Source: Lama guanicoe
Taxonomy: Eukaryota
Direction: 5' to 3'
Length of the DNA stretch: 64,000 nt
NCBI GenBank assembly: GCA_013239625.1
Contig: MU053934.1
Coordinates: 8,143,352 to 8,207,351 of the forward strand
The translations under genes and the position numbers were made by a program. The notes below the pieces were generated by a model. That model did no database searches, was not told where the DNA came from, and saw only the letters and a list, made by a program, of their open reading frames with translations. Positions 12,291 to 22,550 of this stretch are shown piece after piece. Position 1 is the first letter of the stretch; every line of letters starts with the position of its first letter.

Positions 12291-12862
12291 ACGTTCTTTC
12301 CTCTCCTCTGACTGCATCCTTTGAACCGAATCCTGTCCAAAAGGAGGCCTGGGGATTCAGGGAATGGAGTTGGCCTAGAGGCTCTGTTCTTCCCTCTCCC
12401 ACACTTCGGGGCAGGACTGGGCTGCAGGCAGCGCCCCGGTGTCCCCCGGCTGGGTGTCAGCCCTGTGACTGCCTCGTCTCACCACACGCTGGGCCAGCCA
12501 GGCCTCCCTGGGGGCTGCAGCTGACCACCCACTTCTGCTACAGGAGGCCCCTACCCCAAATGTGTTTTTGGGGTTGGAAGCGCTGGGGAAGCCCTAGGGG
12601 CCAGAGAGAAAGTGGGGGGGCTCGGCTGTCCCCCGAGCAGGAGAGGAAGTGAGTTAAAGGAACAGGAAAGAGTTTCTGATTCTGCCAGGCCCCGGGGCCC
12701 GGCAACCTACTCACAGTGAGGACGGCGGGCTCTGCGAATGCTGGCCCTTCCCTGCGAGCGTGTGCTTCCCGGTCTGGAGGCAATAGCACACAGAGCGAGT
12801 TTAGGGTGACTCAGATGCTAATGTCCTCTGTCCCCTGCTTCTCCAGGGCCGGAAAGGCAGCG

Positions 12863-12941
12863 ATGGAGCCAGAGCCCCTCTACAACCTGCTGCAGCTCCC
12901 TGGGAAGGTGGACCCACCGGCAGTGGAAGAACTCTCACAAG
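12863..12941 (+). CDS. PARVG: Gamma-parvin coding exon 1: MEPEPLYNLLQLPGKVDPPAVEELSQ(G); exon starts at 12847
   Basis: Acceptor ag 12845-12846; ATG 12863; donor gtgggg 12942; similar to the human N-terminus MEPEFLYDLLQLPKG. Confidence 0.95.
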
Positions 12942-13149
12942 GTGGGGGCCCCGCGGGGCAGAGGGGGAGGGTCTGCATCGCAAAAAACAAACAGGTCGTG
13001 CCAGGCACCCAGCTCCGTCCAGCTCTGTCCAGCCCCCGCCTACACCTTCTGCTTTATACTTGACACCCCTGCCCCTGGAACCTTCTACAGAGTTATCCCC
13101 GTACCCCTCATGGCCGCACATCTCCGGGTTAACCGGGGTGTTGATGCGG

Positions 13150-13300
13150 ATACTAACTGCTGTGTGTGCCCACTCTGTGCTGGCGCTGTGCTGAGCACTT
13201 CGGATCCGCAGCAGCTCATCTGCTCTGAGGCTCTGAGGATGGTGTTAGTACCTGCTTTGTACAGATGAGGAAACCGAGACACAGAGAGCAATGGAGCAGA
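13150..13300. mobile_element. MIR SINE
   Basis: tttgtacagatgaggaaaccgagacacagagag. Confidence 0.75.
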
Positions 13301-13956
13301 GTAACATCCAGAGCCGCAGGGCCGACTTCATTGACTGACGTTCTCTGTTTATAAATGGCTTCAGCTTGGAAAGCATCACCAGGAAAACTGCTGTGAGGGT
13401 GGTAGGGCTCGGCTATTTGAAAAAATATTTATTTTCTGTTTTACAGTTGGTTTAGAGGTACTTAAAGTTCTGGTAGTCAGAGCTGGGACATGGGATGGTT
13501 CTGAGTGGTAAGGAGTCCGCTCCAGGAAGGGCCCTGGCCCCTCCCTCGCACCCTCGCTCTCCCAGCGTTGACCCAGAGCCCGCCCTCCTCCTATACTCGA
13601 AGTTTTCTGGGTATCTAGAAGTTTCCAGCTGGGCCATGCGAACACAGATGCAATGCATTTTGTGGATTTGCATTTTGTGCAAGGCCACCCCCTGTGCTGA
13701 CTCAGTTTCCCCCATGGCCATCAGGACTAGGTGATCTCAAGGGTCCTTCTCGGCTCTGACATCTGTGGGTTCTGTGAGTCTAAAATTTGGGGGAGAAGCT
13801 GACCCAGGTCTTGGGGCTCAGAGGACGGGACAGGAGGCCTCAGTGTGCTGTCCACACCGGGGAGCCAGACAGACGCAGGTGAACTCCACCTCGGCACCCT
13901 GGAGCCCGGGAGCCTGGGCTCACCTGAGCCGTGGCTCCTTCTCACACACGTGGGTG

Positions 13957-14045
13957 GAGTTGGCAGATAAAACACGGTGTGCCCAGTTAAATGTGGGTCA
14001 GAGAGACAAGAAATAAGTTTTGAATTTAGGTATGTTCCCAGAATA
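13957..14045. mobile_element. MER53-like hAT MITE, about half a copy
   Basis: gagttggcagataaaacacggtgtgcccagttaaat...ttaggtatgttccca resembles one MER53 arm. Confidence 0.6.
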
Positions 14046-14204
14046 CTAACAGTGCAGTGTCTGAGGCTGAGCTTGTATTCAGGAAGGAAGTGAGGGGAAG
14101 GGCATTCAGGGCGAGGCGGGAACAGCGAGAGCGAAGGAAGGGAGGTGTGGAGGACGAGGCATGTCCGGGAACCCAAGCCACTTTGCACATTTGGTGCCCT
14201 GGGG

Positions 14205-14352
14205 GTGTGAGTGCGTGTGCTCATATGTGTGCCCGTGTGTCTGCGCGTGTCTGTGTGAGTGCACATGTCTGTGCATCTGTGTGTGTGCCTGTATGTGTTT
14301 GCATGTGGTGTCTTTGTGCAAAAGCCTGTATCCCTGTGCATGCACGCGTGTG
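14205..14352. repeat. Degenerate (TG)n repeat
   Basis: gtgtgagtgcgtgtgc...tgtgtgagtgcacatgtctgtgcatctgtgtgtgtg. Confidence 0.85.
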
Positions 14353-14449
14353 AAGCAGCAAGGCCTATGATCCCTTGTGGCCGAGGTGCCAGCTCTAGGG
14401 GTGACCTGCAGGGTCCCCACACATGTGTCATGCTCACCTCTGATTCCAG

Positions 14450-14514
14450 GAGAGAAGAAGAAGTTCCTGCCACCCACCTCCCGGAGAGACGCCAAGTTTG
14501 AAGAACTGCAGAGG
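14450..14514 (+). CDS. PARVG: Gamma-parvin coding exon 2 (65 nt): (G)EKKKFLPPTSRRDAKFEELQR
   Basis: ttccag acceptor; gtgcga donor at 14515; frame continuous. Confidence 0.95.
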
Positions 14515-15221
14515 GTGCGACCCCCCCCCCCGTCTTCTCTGGAAGAGGGAGGTCTTCTTGTCTTCTCGGGGCGGGGACCGTGCTCGGCCCCCTCCCTCCC
14601 CGACCTCAAGCTGTGGGTGGTGCTCGCGCAGGCCTCTGGGGATGGCCGCGTGAAGAACATCTACTGAGCACCTACTGTGCGCCTTGATGGACATGATCCC
14701 AGCCAGCCTCACAATGGTTGAGACGCCTCTGTTGTCACCTGCATCCTAGGGAGCAGACAGCAAGACTTGGAGAAGTGACCTGACTTGTGGGGGACACACG
14801 GCTGGGCAGGGACAGAGCTGGGGTTTGACCCAGGTCATCAGTCCCAAAGCTTATGCTCCTCATCTGGCTCAGCTGCCTGAGGCGACAGACAGCTGGAGGA
14901 GGGGGCGGGAGCAGGCATGAGTCGCCCAGCTCGCGGGCCTCCTCTTGGCTGCAGGACCAGCGAGGCCCAGGCTCGGGGCCTTCCTTTGTCCTCAGCCCCA
15001 CTTCTCTAGTTTCCATGGGGCCTTTCTTTCGACACCTCCAGGGAGGCCACTTGGCTTGCGCTACTTTCAACCCCCAGAGGGTTTGTGGCCCATTTTCCGT
15101 CTCATCCTCCCTCCCTCCCGTTCCCTCAACCCCTCCATCCACCTTTCCCTCTATTGGGCACCAGGACACAGAGGAGAACCAGCACACCCCCAACCCTGGA
15201 AAATCTGGTGGGGTGCTGACA

Positions 15222-15600
15222 TGTCATCTTAGTTTGGCTTCCTCCAGCAGCTGATCCTGAAATAAGGGTTTGGGTGTAAATGGTTACTGGGAGGTAATCA
15301 CAGGAGACGAGGCAGGGGAGTGGGGAAGTAAGATGGGGCGGGAAGGAGCCACCCAGGGTGAGTGATGGAGCAGGTGACAGCTGTCGGAGCTCGAGCCTGC
15401 TGGGTACCTCTGGGAGCCAGCATGGGGCAAGCCTCTCTGGGCCTTCTTACCGGTGTAGGGGAGCTGGGCTGTTTATCCGCCACGTCCTGTGTGGCTCTGG
15501 CTGCTCCCTTAAAGGGTTGAGGCATTGCTTCTCTGCCACTTCCAGCCTGTTGAGCACAAGCAGGGTGGGGCTGGCCTCCAGGGACAGCCCTCAGGCCTTG
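15222..15600. mobile_element. Ancient ERVL/MaLR-type LTR (LTR33-like)
   Basis: tcttagtttggcttcctccagcagctgatcctgaaataagggtttgggtgtaaatggttactgggaggtaatc. Confidence 0.55.
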
Positions 15601-15926
15601 CCCCAGAGGGGGTCGGCCATCGTGGAGGACATGGGTAAAGTCTGCGGGAGGGGGCAGGACGTGAGCAGCCCCTGTGCTACCAGCCCCTTATACAGGACAG
15701 ACAACTGCCCACAGCGCCCAGGTCTGTGGTGGAGAGAAGCAGAGGGTCTGCCAGAGCCCAGAGCAGCCCCCTAACTCAGCCTGGAGCAGGCTTCCCAGAG
15801 GAGGTGACATTTAACCTGGCCTTGAAGGCTGGGTAGGAGTTGGCCAGTGGGAGGAGGGCAGAGCTGAGCCTGGTTAGGGGCCAGGTGAGAAGTGGCCCTG
15901 GGTCAGCTGTCCCTCGGGGCCTGCAG

Positions 15927-16029
15927 GTGCTGATGGAGTGGATCAACGCCGAGCTCCTCCCCGAGCACATCGTGGTCCGCAGCCTGGAGGAGGACATGTT
16001 CGACGGACTCATCCTGCACCACCTTTTCC
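15927..16029 (+). CDS. PARVG: Gamma-parvin coding exon 3 (103 nt), CH1 start: VLMEWINAELLPEHIVVRSLEEDMFDGLILHHLF(Q)
   Basis: ctgcag acceptor; gtgagt donor at 16030; CH-domain motif. Confidence 0.97.
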
Positions 16030-16600
16030 GTGAGTGGCTGCTGACAAAGCTGTGAAGCCCCGGAGAGCAGGGTGGGCCTGCCTCCCCTGTAGAGCCCTCA
16101 GGGGATGGGCTGTGGGTCAGTCCCCCCCGGCACAGCTGCCTAAGCATCTGCCGAGCACCTGCCACGGAGCAGGCGGGGTTAATCCTCAGAACATCTCTGT
16201 ACTGTTACCGTCCCCGTTTTACAGACGAGGAAACTCAGTTCTGAGAGGCCTAGTGACTTGTCCCAGGTCCGCCCACGAAGAAGGTGAAGTCAAGGGTCTC
16301 GGCTTTAACCCGAGGCCACGTGGCCCCGCTGGAATGAGGAGCGAGAGCTGTGTGGGAGGCTGAGGGGGTGGGGCACGGGGATGGTCAAGGTGATGTGGGC
16401 CAGTGGGGATCCTGCTGTAGCCTGGGTGCCCCCCAGGAGGAGGGGCAGCACCCTTACTCCTCGGAGGAAGGAGACCGGCTGTGGGTCCCCCTGCAGGGGA
16501 CCCAGCTGTCCTCACCCCTTCCCCTCCCTCCCCCAGCCTTCCCCTCCCTCCCCCAGCCTTCCCCACCCTCTCCTTCCCTCATTCCTTCTCCCGCCCTCAG

Positions 16601-16741
16601 AGAAGCTAGCGGGACTCAAGCTGGACGTGGAGGAGATCGCCTTGACGGCGGCCAACCAGAGGCGCAAGCTCACGGTGGTCCTGGAGGCCGCCAACCAGAG
16701 CCTGCAGGTGGAGGAGCAGCAGGCCCAGTGGAGCGTGGAGA
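16601..16741 (+). CDS. PARVG: Gamma-parvin coding exon 4 (141 nt): (Q)KLAGLKLDVEEIALTAANQRRKLTVVLEAANQSLQVEEQQAQWSVE(T)
   Basis: Long pyrimidine tract plus cag; gtacgt donor at 16742. Confidence 0.96.
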
Positions 16742-17492
16742 GTACGTGGGCCTCGCCTCGCCTCGGCCAGGGCTGCTCAGGGGATGGGGGGCCCGGGGGA
16801 GCAGCAGTCCCGCTCACTTCTGTCTCCTGGTGGGAGCCGGGGGATGTGCCGTGAAGTCCCATGTCAGGATGCAAACGCAGCCGCGTCCATAACGCAGCCG
16901 TGAGTTATTATGTTCCCGGCACCACGCGTGCACCGCCCACCTCGTCAGATGGGCACAACCGTCCCGGGTATTCATCCTGTCCATTTTCCAGTTGAGAAAA
17001 CAGAGGCCAAACAGAGTTGAGTAGCTTCTCCCAGGTTGGATGGCCGCCGTGTAGCAGTTTTCCAGCCCAGCTTTTGTCAGGCCCCCTGCCGCTACCTTCG
17101 CCGCTGCTTCCGCTCTTACACTCAATAATTGTTGTTTGTGATGTTGGCCCTGAATCAAGTCACATTCAGCTTAAATCAAACAATTTGTTCAACCAGGGCC
17201 CTACTGTAGGACATTTAGTTGTTCAAACAGCCCTGCGGTGAACATCTGTGTGTTAAAAGCCCGGTCCAAGTGGTGGATTGTGCCTCGAGCCATGTTTGCA
17301 GAAGCGGATGACTGGGGCAGAGCGTGCCTAGTTCTAGGTTCTGAATACAGCTCTCCAGACCTCAGCTCTCCAGAAGGCTGGACACAGAGCTCCTTGGGCT
17401 GCTGCGGGGGGTTGTGATGATAAGGAACCCACCATGTGGCCCCAGGTTTGGCGGCCCCTGGAGCTCTGACCTCGTGCCCCCTCCCCTCCCAG

Positions 17493-17608
17493 CCATCTTC
17501 AACAAGGACCTGCTGGCCACCCTGCATCTCCTTGTGGCCCTGGCCGAGCACTTCCAGCCTGACCTGCCCCTCCCAGCCAACGTCCAGGTGGAGGTGATCA
17601 CCATGGAG
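17493..17608 (+). CDS. PARVG: Gamma-parvin coding exon 5 (116 nt): (T)IFNKDLLATLHLLVALAEHFQPDLPLPANVQVEVITME
   Basis: cccag acceptor; gtaggg donor at 17609. Confidence 0.97.
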
Positions 17609-18359
17609 GTAGGGGGCCAGGGATCTGAGGATGCCCGCCTGCAGGCTGGGCATCTCGGGGCCACGTCGCCACATCCTGGGTCAGGGGCTGTTGCAGGGGG
17701 TGGGGGCTGAACCGGAGTGAGTTCCAGGGAGCTGTGAGAAAGAACAAATCCCACCAGGACAGCAGAGAGGGTCTGGGCTAAAGCTGGGATGCCAAGAGTC
17801 CAGCGGGGCCATGAGGAGGACTGTGGGCCAGCCAGTCCCTCTTACTTAGCAGATGGCACCTGCCCGGGGTGTCATGAAGGTCCTGGGTGATGGCAACTGT
17901 GCACCTGGGTCACAAGCGGCCATCTGTTCCCAGCCTTCCTGGAGGCTTCACACCACTGAGTCATAGCCACTGCCCCGTCACGTTGACTGCCTCATCCCCT
18001 GACTGATGGGTGTGACGGTGGTTCCAGGGACCTATCTGGGCTTCTCTGTCCACGGGATTCTCTCTCTGGCACACGCACGACTTGTGCTGTAGCTGATGGC
18101 CCAGGAGTCCACGGCTTCTCTCTCACACAGACCCTGAGCACCACGGACAGGGCCCACCTGCTCCCGCTCCGCACCCTCCCCTCCTCCAGCGGTACCTGGG
18201 TACCCGGGGAGCAGCGGGGCTTGGCTGGAACTCACCCAGCAGAAGAAGCTGAGTCTAGCCAAACCCCCGAGAAATTCATTCTTACTTTTTCAAAATCACT
18301 GATTTGCATTCACCACTGAGCAGTGCCTTGGCTTTGTTGACAAGTATGCAAATCGGAAG

Positions 18360-18600
18360 TGACTTCATTCCTTCACTCATTCATTCATTCACCCACCTAT
18401 CATTCCTTCGTTGTTCAGATCAACACGTGCCCACAGACGCCCTGTGAGCCAGGCACTGGGCAGGCTTTGGGGATACCTGGGGCACAAGGGAGGTGGTCCC
18501 CATCCTCTGGGGACTCAAGGCCCATGGGAAGAAGGACAGTGACGCTGGCCGCAGCAGCGAGGGCTGCCCAGGAGGCCACCTTGAGGAGGGGATGTAGCAG
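18360..18600. mobile_element. L2 fragment
   Basis: cattcattcattc...ctgtgagccaggcactgggcaggctttgggga. Confidence 0.65.
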
Positions 18601-18713
18601 AGTAAACCAGGTCCCTCGGGGCTGCCTTGGCCCCTACTGTCTTCTCTAGAGGCAGGTGTCAGTTGTAGAATTTTCTGGGATTACTCCATTTTGGGTCCTT
18701 TTTTCTCTCTTAG

Positions 18714-18769
18714 AGCACCAAAAGTGGCTTGAAGTCAGAGAAGTTGGTGGAACGTCTCACTGGATGTGG
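18714..18769 (+). CDS. PARVG: Gamma-parvin coding exon 6 (56 nt): STKSGLKSEKLVERLTGC(G)
   Basis: T-rich tract plus tag; gtgagg donor at 18770. Confidence 0.95.
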
Positions 18770-19605
18770 GTGAGGGAAGGACCACAGACGGCGGCAGGGG
18801 CCTGGCTGTGGTTTCTCGGGCATGGATGGTGGGGCTTGGGGCCAGGGGCTGGGAGCAGACCCACCTGGTCTGGGGTCTTTGGACCTCGACACCATGCTGG
18901 GTCCTTAACGCCGGGTGCCTGGGAGCTGTTGGGAAGCCATCCCCACGTCCTCGCAGGGAGATGCAGAAACCTGACAGCCCAACAGCAGGGCCCCGCAGGC
19001 TTCCAGGTGCTGGGAGGCAAGGGCCCAAGCGCTCACTCACACCTTTAGCACTGAGTGAGCGCCTACTGTGTGCAGGGCGGGGCTTGTCCTTGAGTGCCCA
19101 GGTCAGCCAGCCATTGGCCTTTGTCTGTCTGGACAAGCAGGATGCCGGAAGTTGCTCAGCCAGTGAGCTCTTCCCTCCATCCTCCCAGAGGTAAAGGCCC
19201 CCCGGGCAGTCCTGGCTGCAGTGCCGCCCAGTCAGAAACACTCACCTTCGGGAGGTGGGGCCGTGCACGTGGGCTCTGCAACGAGAGAACCAGAGTTCTG
19301 GGTTAGAAGCTGGGGGCTCCCATTAGATGTGTCTGAACTGCAAGCTGGGTTTAGAAGGGCCTCAGAGAGGGCAGGGCCTGGCCTGTGGCGGAACCTCCCG
19401 ACTGCCTGGGAGGTGAAGGAAAACCATCTCCGTCCCTACCCTGTGCGGCCCGGTTCCCTGCCAGGGGCATGGTTGGCGGGGCCAATCGGCTCTCTGTAGA
19501 GGGCTTGGCGGAACTTGGGCCCAAAGTCTTGCTTCTAGGGGGTGGGGCTGGGGTGGAAAATTGAGCAACAGAGTCAAAGAAAAACCATTCAAAAAAAAAA
19601 AAAAG

Positions 19606-19857
19606 AGTGAAAGAAGGCAGACACAAAAGAGTCTGTAGGATTTCATTTCACAGCCTGGAGCAGCCGGCGGACAAGCGGAGCGGCGGCGGCCTCCGCGGGC
19701 GGGGTTTGAGGGAGACACGCAGCGGGCGCGGGGGGCGCTCGGGGCCTCGTGGGGGGCGGTGACCACGCAGGCGTGTGCCCACGGAACACGCGCAGGCTCT
19801 GAAGTTAGGATTTGTGCAGTTTATGGTGTGTAAAATATGCCCCCCCGACGTAAAACA
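19606..19857 (+). mobile_element. L1M/L1ME-like 3' end relic, now CpG-rich
   Basis: AT-rich L1 anchors gagtgaaagaaggcagacacaaaagagt and ttaggatttgtgcagtttatggtgtgtaaaatatgcc flank a GC/CpG-rich core. Confidence 0.65.
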
Positions 19858-20108
19858 GCAGCCACGAAGGACACAGTCCAGACACTTCCAGGCGTGGGGG
19901 CTTCAGGGGCAGGGGATGAGCCTCTTCTGCAGTTTGCTTTCCGGGAGGGCCCTGCCGGCTTCCAGAGCTGCCAGGAGGGAAAGCAGCGAGGCCAGTTTCT
20001 TTGTCAACCCGGCCGCGGCCGAGTCTTGTCATATTAAGAGACCACAGGTCTGAAGCTTTCTTTTTTAACCATGCGTTTGCTTTTTTCCTCCTACAATTTC
20101 CCCTTTAG

Positions 20109-20131
20109 CACAGACAAGGACCAACCTTCCA
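20109..20131 (+). CDS. PARVG: Gamma-parvin coding exon 7, 23-nt microexon: (G)TDKDQPS(K)
   Basis: ccctttag acceptor; gtgagt donor at 20132; needed to keep the frame; similar to human TDKDEPPK. Confidence 0.93.
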
Positions 20132-20389
20132 GTGAGTACTTTCATAATTTAAGGAGCTCTTCGTCTGTTGGGTATATGTTGAGACAGACACGTAATGAGG
20201 AAGAGATGATTGCTGGGGCGCCCACACTTCCTCTGGGGTCCGCTATGTGTGTTTCAAGCCTCCTTGTCCATGTGTCCCTCCTTCTGTCTGTCCGTCTGTC
20301 TGTGCATCTGGCTGTTCCTTCCTATGAAACTGCTCATAGAGGTAGAGAGATTTACAATTCCTATCGGTGGGGACTCTGGGGTTGTCACG

Positions 20390-20595
20390 GGCTCCAGAGC
20401 CAGGCAACCTGGGTTCAAACACTAATTCCCTCGTTTATTAGCCACATGAACTTGGGCAAGTGTCTGAACCTGTCTGTGCCGCAGTTTCCTCATCTGTAAA
20501 ATGGGATTAATAATGGCACCCCCCTCTTGGGCTGGTGGTGAGGCTTAAAAGATACTTTGTCAATGTGCTTGGCAGAGAGTAAGTGCTTAATAGTG
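20390..20595. mobile_element. MIR SINE
   Basis: cttgggcaagtgtctgaacctgtctgtgccgcagtttcctcatctgtaaaatggg. Confidence 0.85.
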
Positions 20596-20715
20596 ATTGT
20601 TCACTAATCTGGCTGCTTCTTTTGTGACAGAGCTCGTCAACCAACCGACTGATTGATCCAGACATTTCTTCTTTCATTCATTCACTTGTTAGTCAGTCTG
20701 CCTGGCCAGCTGGTC

Positions 20716-20895
20716 ATCTATCCATCCATCCATTCATCCATCCACCCCTGCATCCATCCATCCAGCTACCCCTCCATCCATCAATCCACCCCTCCATCAC
20801 ATCCATCTATCCATCCATTCATCCATCCATCCCAACATCCATCCATCCATCCATCCATCCACCAACCCATCCATCCATCAACCATCCATCCATTC
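20716..20895. repeat. (TCCA)n tetranucleotide repeat
   Basis: catccatccatt...atccatccatccatcc. Confidence 0.95.
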
Positions 20896-22208
20896 TAACA
20901 TTTTTCCTCCCTGAACTCTCCCTGCTTAGGACACAGAGCTGTATAGGCAGGGGGTTCTCCAAGGACATCTCACCTGCAAAGGTGGAAATAATGACCTGCA
21001 AGGGGCTTCTGAGAACAGGGGCTGAGAAAGCTTGAGTAGAGGAAGGAAGGAGAGAGGAAGTGCAGGGGAGCTGATGGGATGTCTGAGCGTGTGTGTGCGG
21101 AGCGTTGGCATGAGGACGTGGGGGTTTCCCAGGAGCAGTGTTTGTTGGGGGGCCACATGAGTCTGGGTCACACAATGAGGAGCAGGGACACGGAGCAGGG
21201 TGTCCTTTCTAGCTTGTCCATTCTGTTCTGGCCTGTGTCACCTGGGTAAATTCTCAATTCCTGGCTCCTTCAGGGACACAATTTCACTGAGTACAGCCAA
21301 GAGGCCTGGGAGGGACCACTGGTGTTTCCACCATGTTCATTGGTTTACGGGACATTTTTAACATGTAGGATGCTCTCCGCCCTTCACTAGTGAGGGAGCT
21401 GAGGCACAGAGAGGTGAAGTGACTTGCTTAGAGTCACACAGCTGCTGAGTGGCAAAATCCAAAGGTGAACTCTTCTCACCGGGTTTGGGTATTCAGTGCC
21501 TGAGGACCAGGGTGCCCCGGGGAGGCGTGTTGGCTGGAAATAGCAGGAACGCAGCTTGCAGGAAGAGGGCACTAGTCTGAAGACCTGGCGCCGCTGAGGC
21601 TGGCCGGGGCCTGAGCTGCTAAGATGCTTCCGCAGGCATGACTCAGCTGCTCGGGGTGCGGGCCTTTTTCGCGCTGCAGTTTCATAGTCTGGGAGGGCTG
21701 GGTGTCCTTACTCTGCTGACACACAAACGATGCGGAGGACACTTGTGGGCCAAGTGTCAGTCCTGGGCTGGTCCCTGCTCAGACCCGTGGTAGCTCCCGG
21801 GGACTTGTGGGCGGAGGAGGGACCTGGGGGGAGGCAGGGCAAGTTCCTAGAGGAAGGAATGGTGTCCACAGCAGACAGGGCAGCCTTTAAGTCCTACTGT
21901 GTGCCCGGCCACCGTGACACGTGTGTCACCTACTCCTGAACTTGATTTTTGCAACGACCCCACCCTGTAGGTATTTTCAGCCATACTTTACGATGAGGAA
22001 ACCAAGGCACAGAGACGGGAGGCGAGTCCCTTCAGGCCACACAGCCAGGGGAGCAGTGACTCAGTTCTGTTCTTAAATTCAAGAACCTTGAGCTAAAACT
22101 ACAGCTCCCTGCAGACTGGTTGTTCTGAGAAACTTTGGTGGGAAAAAGTCCCAGTTTGGCACAGAGATAATAGCATCGTAATGAGGTGTTTATCGGCTCT
22201 GTCTGCAG

Positions 22209-22267
22209 AGGACGTCTTTGATGAATTATTTAAGCTGGCTCCAGAGAAGGTGAATGCTGTGAAAGAG
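22209..22267 (+). CDS. PARVG: Gamma-parvin coding exon 8 (59 nt): (K)DVFDELFKLAPEKVNAVKE
   Basis: ctgcag acceptor; gtaagg donor at 22268; conserved parvin DxFDxLFxxAPxK motif. Confidence 0.97.
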
Positions 22268-22481
22268 GTAAGGGAGATCAAAGCTCCGAGCATCTCCCCC
22301 GCGGCCCGCCCACCCACTGCCCACCCGAGTTTGTATGTGGGGGTGGGGGTGGGGGTCGGGCAAAGGGGAGGGAACCGGGCCCTCGCGCTGCACCTGCTGT
22401 GTGCTGGGCGTCACGGGTGGGGCCTTTGGGTGACCTCGAGTGGGAAGGTCACGAACCTGGGGCCCTTTCTTTCCTGAGTAG

Positions 22482-22550
22482 GCCATCGTGAACTTCGTCA
22501 ACCAGAAGCTGGACCGCCTGGGTCTGTCGGTGCAGAATCTGGACACCCAG
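22482..22550 (+). CDS. PARVG: Gamma-parvin coding exon 9 (69 nt): AIVNFVNQKLDRLGLSVQNLDTQ
   Basis: gagtag acceptor; gtgggg donor at 22551. Confidence 0.96.

Noticed and set aside
13727..14473. 248-aa minus-strand ORF
   Set aside because: Runs through a (TG)n repeat and a MITE; His/Thr repeats are an artefact
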